NCBI GenBank assembly: GCA_030704615.1
Contig: CM060732.1
Location: forward strand, 11,408,001 to 11,472,000
DNA length: 64,000 bases
Direction: 5' to 3'
Origin: Takakia lepidozioides
Lineage: Eukaryota; Plantae; Bryophyta
The notes beneath the pieces are model-generated. The model saw only the letters and a program-made list of their open reading frames with translations. It had not been told where the DNA came from and did no database searches. This document shows, one piece after another, positions 53,701 through 64,000 of this stretch. The position numbers and the translations under genes are program-made. Each line of letters begins with the position of its first letter. Positions within the stretch are counted from its first letter, which is position 1.

Positions 53701-54546
53701 CCGTATGCGGGACCCTTTCGCATCCGAAAGGTTATGAATGAGGATATGTATGAATTGGAGCTGCCGGCAAACAACAAGGTGCATCCGGTATTCCACGTCT
53801 CCCTTTTGAAGCATTACTTCAAAGATGAAGCGCGTCCGAATCGGCATCAAGTGTTGCGTCCGCCACCCGTGCTGTTGGATCATGAAAATGAACTTGAGTA
53901 TGAGGTGGAGGTAGTGCTTAAGTCGATGAGGTTCAAGAATCGAGAAACGGAGTATCTCGTGAAATTGAAGGGCTATCATCATGTGGAGGCATCTTGGGTG
54001 CGTCCCTCAGAAATGGGAAACGCATCCAAGGCGGTTGCAGCTTTCGAAGGACGACCTCAAAAGCGGAAGAAGCGTTGATGGAGACATCAACCTTGGATCG
54101 TGGGGGAGGAAATGCATGCTTAGCCCGGCTTAGCTAGCTCAGGAATCCGTTTGCAAAAACTTGTATTGTACAAATTTTGTTGTAAATGAAATGGTTTCCA
54201 AATATTGTGTTTCATATCTTATTGGAATGGTGATGCATGGTATGGTTGGCTAGTGTGTAGAATGCATGCTAGCTTACAAAGTGAGAGAGGTAAATTGGAT
54301 TAGTCGTGTGTTTGTGTAGTGCCGAAATCAGGTGACTCCCATCCAAGGGGCAAGGAAACTTGCACCTTCGTTGGGAGTTCACGTGCTAGTGCGCACCTGG
54401 TGCGTGTGCGTACTATAACTGTGCTACCGAGGGGGTTGCCTTGTAGTGCGGGCTAACGTGGAAGCTACGTGCTTCTGTTCACGTACTATAATCGTGTAGC
54501 CTCGGGATGAAGTCGTAGTGCGGCTTCGGCGTGTTCCCGTACCTCA
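47733..54546 (+). mobile_element. Ty3/gypsy chromovirus, copy 2 (inverted relative to copy 1; rearranged, many stops)
   Basis: Gag 47753-48700, duplicated integrase piece 48740-49141, foreign insert 49141-51260, pol 51264-54078, PPT, LTR part 54113-54546. Protease region is missing. Confidence 0.92.
49490..51260 (-). mobile_element. 5' fragment (leader + gag start) of an unrelated LTR retrotransposon inside copy 2
   Basis: Gag-like EPRRYSGAVGTIKLDDFIQEFDSWCD...AWKGLFQHLEGPPMDDY (49546-49950); 10-bp cacagccc(a/g)t repeats at 50690-50850. Confidence 0.5.
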
Positions 54547-54999
54547 GGCCAGCATTCCAAGGCGGACCCAATTGTAGTGATTGGGGTGCACAGTTGGTTC
54601 CAGGTTATCTTTCTAGTCAAAAAACGGTTCAAGACGAACCCTTGCTCAAGGTGATGCCAAAAACGACATCACGAGCGGTTACAAGCAAATGTTGTTGCAG
54701 TAAGGCGATTCAATCCTCGGGGAGGATCGTTCCTTGGCCCTGAAGTGGGCCAAGAAGAGTGCACTGCAAGGGCCTGCACCGTTTGTTTGCACCACCTCGC
54801 GAAAGTTTAGGATCCGTCTAGCTTTAGTGAGCAAATTGTCAGTGAGATTGAACTTGAGAGACATGTAGATGTTGTTGCACCATCTGAGGGTATCAATGTT
54901 GCAAAGGTGTTTTACAAGTCCAACTAAATAGTTTTCATGCCCAATCACGTTTCTGGAAACCTTATGCGCGCTCTTCCCTTTGCTGGACATTCTTCACAG

Positions 55000-56290
55000 T
55001 CAATGATGGCGGAGTTATTGACGTTGACAAACCGCAAGTGATGAGGTGTATAATCTGTCATGGTGCATATGGATCTTTTAGCTCTTCGCACTCGTAGCAA
55101 AAAAAACTTGATTACTTACTTGAAGTCAAATGGTATTAGTGCCATGAGAAAACATGTTGAGACTGAGCACTCACACTTAGGTAGTAGATACGATGAAGAT
55201 GTGAGCAGCAGGGCAAATGATCTTTTGGAACGGCAACCTGCAAAGAAACGCCCAAAAGTCACACCTGGTACAATCTTCAAGTTCTTTTCTTCAATAGACC
55301 TTTTCAAAAATGATGCACCCACACAGAAGTCTTTCCTTCATAATCTTCTTCTGTTTGTGATTAAGCAATACTTGCCGTTGAGGACAGTATAATCAGTGTG
55401 GCTGCAAAGGTTGGCATTAGGCTTGTGTCCAAGCGTTGTGTTTCCAAGATGATCAGTGTTGTTGACAAAACTAGAGAGAAGTATGTCATTCCAGTATTGC
55501 CGTCGTGTATCACAACAACAGTTACCTTCAACTTATGGATGTCCAAAGGTGCATATGATATTTTCACTGTTGTCGTTAATTTTCTATCCTCCGAATGGGA
55601 ACCTAGGCATGTGACAATTGGTTTATTTGAAGTAAATCACACTGCTGGACAGGCCATGGCGATGCAGCTGCAAAATCTGCTCATTAAGAAATTGCTTCGC
55701 ACATGCCATGTCTAAGGTTTGTCAGTATGCAAGCACCGATGAGAAAGTCTGTCGACGGTTCTCTTATGTGTCCATCAAAGTTGCTCAAAGTGACATACAA
55801 AAATGTATCACCTGGCCTAAGAAATCCGGAAAAGACCTACAAGCATGGGATGCTGCTTGTATTACTAAGGGACTCCGTCCAAGAAAGCTCAACACTCCTG
55901 CGAAAATCGGGTAATCAGTTGTTTCATAGAATTTCGAAAATTTCTAGATTGCATCATTTTTGTGTTGATGGGGCTAAATAATTCAAATGTGGCTTTGTGT
56001 TGCCTTATGTATGTAAATGTGATTGTGCAACAAAGTTGTATTAATTTCTAATTGGTGTCAACATTTTGGTGGGATGCTTAGATTTTTAAGTCGTATTTTA
56101 TTTCAAGATGCTCTTCGGTTTCGAGCAACCATCAATCACTGCTACAGCCATGCAGACAATTATAATCACAAATTGTGTCCTCAACCAAAGTAAAGGACGT
56201 TGGTTATTATTAGATGTTTTGAATTCAACCAAGCCTTGGTTGTTAAATATCAGAGTGACATTGATGCAAGAATTGTAGATGACAACTTGG
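55000..56290 (+). mobile_element. hAT transposase remnant
   Basis: BED-like MRCIICH...GISAMRKHVETEH; TVTFNLWMSKG..DIF..VVNFL..WEPRHVTIGLFE (catalytic D replaced by N); CITWPKKSGK...GLRPRKLNTP. Stops and frameshifts present. Confidence 0.75.
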
Positions 56291-56744
56291 GTATATGGAA
56301 GGAAGCTACGCCACGAGCCTGCTCACGTGAGCCTATGAGCCCAGGCACTTAGTCGGAGCTTGGGCGTCACGCTTAGTGGTCGTGAGCGCAGAGTGGTGCG
56401 GTATTAGAAAGAGGGTATATACCCAAGGATAAAGGCAGACCTATTCCCGCGAGAATTCCAGCAACGTCATTTGAAGAATTGGAATCGTATTGATGCATTC
56501 ATTATGTGCTTGTAATCAGGTGTGATAACTTATGTGGGTGTGTGGCAGCAGCACAATTGATAGAACAAGGCACTGCTAATCAAGGTAACTTCTTCAACGC
56601 ATTTCAGCCTGTTTTTCCATGGCTGTCATTGGGATTGCAGCCCTATCAGCTGATTCTGTGTCTAAGTAGCATGGACATGGTAGTCAAATAGACTCTTGCC
56701 AATGTGGATAGTGGGAGGGCAGAGGAGGTAGACCTAGTTATCAG

Positions 56745-59700
56745 GTGCTATGTTGTCGACGCAGACGGACAATTGAGTATGGTACATCACGTCTTGAGAT
56801 GCTTCGCGTGAACAACTTTCTAAAACGTCTTGAGATTGATGGGATAGCCATCAACACAGATTTAGCCAAGCTCTTGGCTGTCGCTTTGCGTGAAAATCGT
56901 GCCCTGCAAAATTTGCATTTGTCTCAGTCCTCCTTTATGCCTGTGTCTACATCCCGCGGGTCGGTAGAGGGAGTGCAAATGTTGGTGACTCCTTTGGTTG
57001 CCACAAATCCCTTAGGCTCCAACTCTGTGCTGCAGACGTTACGGATGGGGTGCTGTCTCGGATACGATAGTGTCGTTAATGACGAGGCAGCCAAGCACGT
57101 GGCAGCGATGCTGTGTGGCAATTTTTCCTTGTTGGAGTTTGAGTTATTGTATTGGAAGATGACGTCGGAGGGCAGTGTTGCTTTCGGCAGGGCTTTGGCC
57201 ACCAACACCACCCTTACAACTCTAAGCGTGCAAGGCTGCACGATTGGGGCGGATGGTGTGGAGGCGATAGCACAACATCTCGCACACCACAATTCTTCTC
57301 TCACACGCCTTAATGTTGGCCACACTTGGAGTACAGAGATAGAGGGAAGCAAGGCAACCAACGCATTGGCCAACATGTTTCGATCCAACTCCACGTTGAC
57401 CTATGTGGACGTGTCATACAATCGGTTTACCGAAGAAGGTATTGTGGAACTCTTCAAATCACTGACCACCAACACGTCTTTGACAGACCTTGATCTTACT
57501 AGTTGCAAGGTTGTCGCCGGGGACAAGGTGTTGGCAGCAATGGGGGATTCACTGCGAGCCAATCTGTGTCTACAAAGACTCCGTACAGATCAATCTTCCT
57601 TGAGCCTTGTAGATTGGAGTGGTGTAGAGAGAAGGGAGCAGCAATCGGTGTTACGAGGAATGATGAGGTCCGTGAGTCCGGAGGCAGCGAGCGTGCTGAC
57701 TTACGGCGCCACTGGTACTCAACCATACTTCCACTTTCTCATATTACATTCTTCCTGTTTTGCTTTGCACCTCTTGAGGACGCCGAATGTAATGTAACAA
57801 GTAACTCCGCAACACCGTGCAAGAATTCCGAATTCAGAACTAATCATTGGATGGTGTGGATCGTAAGTCGATCAATGTAATAATTTGATCCTGTCGCTGA
57901 CGTGGATTACGCAGTGGAACCCCTCGGCCAGTGGGGATTGCAGCCTGTCAGACTCCCATCAAAGTTCACCTCATCCTCCCAGTGGCAGAGGGGTTCCACA
58001 TCACCTAACCTGCCGTTAAGAGACGCTATAGAACCGGCAAACATTCTCGGTGTATACAATTTATCCCAATCCTAACATGAGATAAATGAATGAATACCAA
58101 AGTTCAAACTGAGGCTGTATCAATTCACTATGATTCATTTACTTTTACTCTCCCCTTGAAGAGATGGGCTCAAACCTTCCAAAATAAAAGTAGAATAAAA
58201 GACGCATTTCTTGGAACAAAAACACACATACGGTATCCGTATATTGCTGCGGTGCATCTAGTTCTGCTGTACTGGTCCCGTCTCGCGAAAGCTTACTCAA
58301 TCCCTCCACCAACTTAGTCAAGCTAGTCACAAGCTAGCTGCATGGAAGACCCACCTGTCTGACATGCTGTCAGGTCCTCCACATGCTGTGTCAGGATGTG
58401 CTCACCAAATGTTTCCATAGGATTCCATGCCATTGCGCAATTGCATTCTTAGGTTTGTTCTTGTATCATCAGCCCCCACTTCTGCTTTTTGCATTTAGCA
58501 GTCAACCATAATCAACCACGAGTACTGTAGAGCGAAAGATCACGGAGCATCATCAAGAGTTGGTGAAAAGTCGAAATCTGATGATTTCACATGCGATTGT
58601 GGTGATGGGTGGTGTGCGGTCTCAAGGCTCGTATTCCAGGAACAACTGCTCCGGTTGAGAGTAACAAGTGGTGTGTATCCGTGCAGGGGTTAATGACTAT
58701 GGTGGAGAAAAGGTCAAAAGCAGCAACAGGAACCAAAACCATGTGGTATGAGGTCTCCTCGTCACTCCTTGGGGGTACCAAATGGTATTGTCTACGATCG
58801 GTGTATGTTAGCCTAGGTCATAAGTGCAAGTGAGTGTGTCTGGAAGAGGTCATCGTCTCAAAGTTCCTTCCTTTTGTCATGAGGTACCCCTACCTTGTCC
58901 ACAGGCATCTCTAACTGATGGGTCAGAGGTATTCAGTTCTCAAATATGTTAAGAGCACCTTTTACTGAATCATGAGAACACTCAGGATCCTGTCACAACT
59001 TATGAATGCGCCTAGTGCAAAACGCGCTTCATTCTAAAGTTGCAAACCTTGCGAAAGATCACGAAGTGACTCCTGTTCCAAAATTACTAAAGTACATCAT
59101 ACGACATAAGTAGCTTTTATGAAAAGTTAATTCTTTTCACTCTAGACTCACAAGCGAGCTCATCAGATCTCTGCAACTGTGCTTACCACATCTCTAGTTT
59201 TGTTCTGAAACAACTCATTTGTTTTTTGCAACATGGTTTTAGACTCTGGATACGGTAACAAATGTATGCATTGCTTCAAACAATATTGTGGACACAAGTT
59301 GACAAAGAAGCATTGCAAGATCACTCGAGAAGCGTTTGGCACTTCAAGAGAACTCTTAAAGCTTTGAATCAATGTTCTGGAAACTATACAACACTTCTGA
59401 CTCAAGATCTCTTGAATTCTACCCAGGTTTACCTTGTTCAACAAGTGTGGCCACCCCCTAACGATGATCGGGAAACCACCCTGGATGTCATCTTTTTCCA
59501 TGGATTCCAGTTTGGAAAGGAAAGCAGTGTTTCACAGCACACATGGGTGCATCGTGACAATCATGAACTCTCCTGGCCAGTGAAGTGGCTGCCAGAAGAC
59601 CTGGAAGGAACTGTGCGCGTTCTACTCGTATCTCATAGTGCAGATGTTACATATTCCAACATCCAAGCTGTTGACGACTTTGGCAGGAGGTTGCAGCAAA

Positions 59701-62700
59701 GCTTAGTCAGGTACCTTGCTGGAATGTGAAGGCAGATTCGGAGCCTAGCTCCTAGTCCTCGATCTTATCCACCTAGATGTTGAAAGGAATTGGTGAGGGT
59801 TAGCTGTTCAGAACAGGATCTGGAAATGTCTATGCACATTTGGTGTCCAAGATCAAAATCTGATATTGCTTGATCCTGTTCATGTGCAGTTCATCTCGTT
59901 CCAGTTTGGGATGGAAAAAACCAATTGTGCTTGTTGGCCATGGCTACGGAGGTTTGGCTGTGAAGAGCTTAGTGGTACATACTGCAAGGACTGAAACCAT
60001 GCCATGTGCGAAAGAACTGGACAAGGAGGCTGCTGAGAATGCAAAAGCGTTCTTATCAAATCTCCGAGGCATTGCATACTATGCTGTTCCCCATTCCGCA
60101 ATGAACTTGGGAAGTTTTGGTAAATTGGAGCCCTCAGGAAATATACAACACGACCTGATTGAGCGTTTATCAACAGAATTTGAGGGAGTTATTTGTAGAC
60201 TTCAAATCCACATCTTTGCTTTCGGAGAGGGCAAACCAACACAAAATTGGGTACGTTCTGTGGAGTTTTTCATAATGACAAACCAAGAAATGCTGCGGAG
60301 TATTGGTACTAATAAAATTTACTAATTGGATAGGAACATGATGCAAGGCATTTTATGCTAGGTGTCAAGTAGTGCAGTATTTTAGGGTTAGCTAGGTGTA
60401 CATGCTGCTTCAACATTAACTAAGACTGGAGAATTTTTCCCCTCTGAGAGGTTGAATTGCTTACTTTCCATCACATGTGGAGAACACAGACCTATGGTAA
60501 ACCTCCCTGCACAAGCAACGATGCACAGTGCAACAATGCCGTGCAGATGAATCAGAAGCTGAATTGTGTTATGTATTGTCTAAGTGGTTTAGATATCTTG
60601 AAGGCTGCCTTTTATATAACAACGCTTTGAGGTTCAAGAAAGTGTTACTACTCCAGTGGATGAAAAGATGAATTTTCTATCTCTTAGGGTTGGATTGTGC
60701 CGTATGAGTCTGCCATAAGATTATCTGGCTGTAACAACTACAAAGTGGAGGAGTCGGATCATCTGGATATCACGCGACCTCCTTCCAGAGAACATATCAT
60801 ATATGACAAATTGTTGATGCTGCTGAAGATTTGCCAAAAACCACCGGTACGTCCTCATGTCAGTAGTGGACATTTTATCTCCTCGCCATAATTGTCCCTC
60901 ACTTGTGTTATCATTAATGTGTCCCTGTGTTCCGCCGATGTAATCTGGATTTTGTAGCATAGTGATGACTAATGCGCAACACCTTCCACTGAGCTCTAGG
61001 TGAGCAATATCTTCCTTATGCTACAGGCTATCCTGCTGCAATCAATCTTGCAATCTGACCCTGTGAAATGTGTCCTACAACGTCTCTTCTCAGCTTTAGT
61101 GCCCATGGTTTTTTGTAGATTGTGTTCTTAGCATATTTGCATATTGTGCATATGTTCTAATTTTTATCTGGTCACTGGAGTGCAGGGTGATGTGAACTTT
61201 GCTCTAATGATCTCTCAACTTGAAGGAGGGTGCCCAGAGGGCTACAACAACATAACTGAGTTGTTCCTCGAGGTATGAATCAATGGATGATGACCATAAG
61301 TGTATTCTATTTACTGATCTTCACCGGAACTTGAGGCTTAAAAGCGGAACCTATTGATCCGGAGTTTGTGTTTTGCAGCGCAACATGATCAGGGAGGCAA
61401 TTGCTTTTCTTCTGGATGTTTTGAAGCCTAACCTTCCAGAGCATGCCATGCTTCAAACTAAGGTAGAGTCAGCTCTGACTCTTACAATGTGCAGTGCAGA
61501 TGGACTTGCATGGTCTGTGCCCTCCTGTAACTTGTCTGTTGGTTTCCTGTTCTTTCCCCTTGCTATGGTGTGCATCTTGATTATCCTTCTATGACCTTGT
61601 TACTAGTCCCCCCCCCCACTTTACATAGCTACCTTGCACGTACTTAGTACTTACCTGTAGATATGATCGACAAGGTCATGTCAATCCACTGGATAATGCG
61701 GCTGACATGTGTAAATGAATGTTGTTGGTTATGCAGGTCTTGAAGATCAGTCTGGTCGCGTCCCCCAGCATAGCTGATTCAATTTTGGCAAAGGGCATGT
61801 TCAGCCATTATGACCGTCCTCAAATTGCTGAGCTCTGTCGGAAAGCTGGTCTTTACATGCATGCCCTTCAGGTCCTATTCTGCCTTTGCACTCTTGCACT
61901 TTGTTCTCTGCTCATCATACTTCAATCTGTTAGTTTTGTTGATCTACACTGGTGCGTCTTGACTCAGGGCCGCAATATACTTTCCATTAGGCCTGATTGC
62001 ACCTGCTCTTGGAGGAACAGGAAATATCCTGAATACACTGACTGAAAGCGGAGACCTGTTATCGGGAGTGAATATTTTGTCCCCTCTTATTTGTGTTCTT
62101 TTTAATCTGGTTTTGTCTCCACATTAATTTTTGCAGTGTGTCTGGATGTATACATCATCCTTGCCCTGGAGGTCAAACAGTCACTTTTATGTCCATGCAA
62201 ATAAAGTTTCTAATGATCCTTCCTTGTGCAGGTGAACCCAGAAAATGCGCCTCTGGTAGTTGGGCAATTGCTGGATGATGGCCACCCCAAGGATTTCATC
62301 AAGGACCTTATCTTGTCTGTCTGCTCTTTACTGCCAGTGGAGGCACTGGTTGATGAGTGTGAGAAGAGGTAATAAATTGTTCCAGGGTGGCTTTATGTCA
62401 TTTTTAATCTGTTTGTTTGCTCCTAGCATGATATCTATGTCACAGTCAACTCTCGGGTTATGTGAAAGATGAAAATGTATGGAAAGAGGGCACATTACCG
62501 ACTTTTTATTCCATGTGGAAGCTGTCTGTTGTCTCAGGTATGAATCAAACTAACAGTTTGATGGGTTGGACAGGAACCAGTTGGGATTGCTGACTCAGTT
62601 CTTAGAGCATCTTGTGAGTGAAGGGACCGAAGAAGTGCATGCACATAATGCATTGCGGAAGATCATCGTAGATACAAACGAAGATCCAGAGCTCTTTCTG

Positions 62701-63157
62701 ACCAGAAACCGCTACTATGACTCTAAGGTCATTGGTAAATATTGTGAGACAAAGGAGGATCACACACTTGAAGTAATTGCATATAGACGTGGTCAATGTG
62801 ATGCTGAGCTCGTTGATGTCACAAACAAGCACAAGCTCTTCAAGATTCAGGCCAGGTACATCCCAACTCTATCTCCCGTCATTTGTGATTTTGTCTTGTG
62901 TTTTGCGTGATGTCTTAGAAAAGATAAAGAAATTACCTGACTACATCTTGTTGGTGCTTCTTAGGTATGTGGTGGAGCGCATGGATCCGGACCTGTGGAA
63001 AAAGGTTATGCACTCAGAGTATCCAGAATACAGGAAGCAGCTTACTCTTGAGGTGTTGTCTATTGTTCTACCAGAGAGCAAGAACCGAGAGCAGGTGTTA
63101 GCCCTGTTAGCCACTTTGAAGGCACACTTGCCCCATGAGTTAGTTGAGCTTTTATAG
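56745..63157 (+). CDS. Copy C (most complete) of the LRR / pseudo-alpha-beta-hydrolase / clathrin heavy chain chimeric gene, about 894 aa (876 aa from ATG 56799)
   Basis: Inferred exons: 56745-57671, 59427-59710, 59890-60250, 60688-60846, [61027-61062], 61186-61272, 61379-61462, 61737-61871, 62232-62368, 62574-62855, 62965-63157. Total 2685 nt, open to TAG. RI-type LRRs, DVIFFHG...WLPEDL...GHGYGG...DH, then clathrin peptides [74 protein letters not shown]. Confidence 0.78.
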
Positions 63158-63219
63158 TCAAGAATGTTTTTCAAAACTCTGCCTTGAGTGGTAATCACCT
63201 CTAAAATATACTCACCATC

Positions 63220-63292
63220 TTTCCGCACAAACTGGGCGCGGGGTCAATGGCCACAAGGCTACGGCAAATAACATCTTATGAGTACATTCTTT
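63220..63292 (+). mobile_element. 73-bp 5'-truncated insertion of the LINE 3' tail
   Basis: caaactgggcgcggggtcaatggccacaaggctacggcaaa...cttatgagtaca matches 23866-23925. Flanked by 9-bp direct repeat ctcaccatc (63211-63219, 63293-63301). Confidence 0.85.
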
Positions 63293-63379
63293 CTCACCAT
63301 CAATTACAGTGGTGGCATTGAACGACCATGGGGAGGGAGGTGGGGATCTCAAATGGAAACGGGGGAAGGAAGAGAGGCC

Positions 63380-63745
63380 CTGTGTCCCTTTCTACACTGT
63401 CCCTCCCTTCTGAAGTCAAAAGGACCATTTTTTGCTATGTGATTAGGCCTGCTTGGAGTACGCATCAGCCGTTCGAGTTGACAACTCCAACCATGCCAAG
63501 TCTAGGAATGCATCCAGATTGGGGCGCTCTAAGAGTATATGTTAGCATGCTCCAGAACAGCTATGTGGCTGTTCCGGTGTAGTTTGGCATACCTCCTTTG
63601 AGCTCTCCACGGGATGGTTTCAAGGTCAGATGGTGGGGTTGGTGGAACAGAATGTCTAACACCAGACACCTAAGATAATCAACTCTCTTTCTCGGATACC
63701 AGACTACTATTGAACAGGTAGAAGCGGTTTTTAAGGGTCTGGATA
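63380..63745 (+). mobile_element. Old LINE RT remnant downstream of copy C
   Basis: Homologous to 28410-28790 and 310-500. Confidence 0.7.
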
Positions 63746-64000
63746 TCAGCTAAAGCTACACCACCGTCACAAAGGTAGTTTCTGTTCCCTTTTGTTGCGC
63801 CAACCAGGGCTTTCGTAAATTTGACCTGATCCCAGAGTTCTTCATTCTCCGAAAATCGAGGATAGAAGTAATCTGGAAGTCCGGGGCCCAAGGGTGCCCT
63901 CGCAATGGAGGCTAATGGGCTCTCAAGTCACCTTCATAGAGTCTTGCTGGGAGTAAAAATAACTGGCCTTGCAGAGCACATATGTACATGTGGTGTTGAC

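Noticed and set aside
57711-57720. Alternative LRR donor G|GTACTC
   Set aside because: Phase 1; joining to acceptor 59427 gives a stop within 11 codons unless an unseen exon intervenes.
57672-59426. NB-ARC or Roc GTPase exon between the LRR and the hydrolase
   Set aside because: No P-loop or other recognisable motif in the short ORFs there; treated as intron, though a small exon cannot be excluded.

Overview
Eukaryotic, intron-containing, TE-rich nuclear DNA. The gene content (PLS-PPR relics, chromovirus Ty3/gypsy, bryophyte-style MLKL-domain kinase, NLR-type alpha/beta-hydrolase) points to a non-seed land plant, most likely a bryophyte; this is inference. The main feature is a three-copy chimeric gene family (A 609-3669 minus; B 17748-28270 plus; C 56745-63157 plus). 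In it, TORNADO1-like LRRs are spliced in frame to an alpha/beta-hydrolase lacking its nucleophile (GHGYGG), then to an internally deleted, C-terminally truncated piece of clathrin heavy chain. In copy C my hand-built exon chain has 11 exons with GT-AG introns, all phase-compatible, giving about 894 aa. Nearby are an intact MLKL-N-terminal-domain protein kinase (5891-7495, head-to-head with copy A) and a small spliced tandem two-domain gene (39899-40845). The rest is transposon debris: a long-TIR foldback element, a LINE with an 11-bp TSD whose empty site is visible in copy C, a MULE/SWIM transposase embedded in GGGTTAC arrays, two head-to-head chromoviruses, hAT, pogo and SWIM remnants, two PPR pseudogenes and a 500-N gap. 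Exon models and family assignments come from reading the sequence and recalled motifs; no searches were run.
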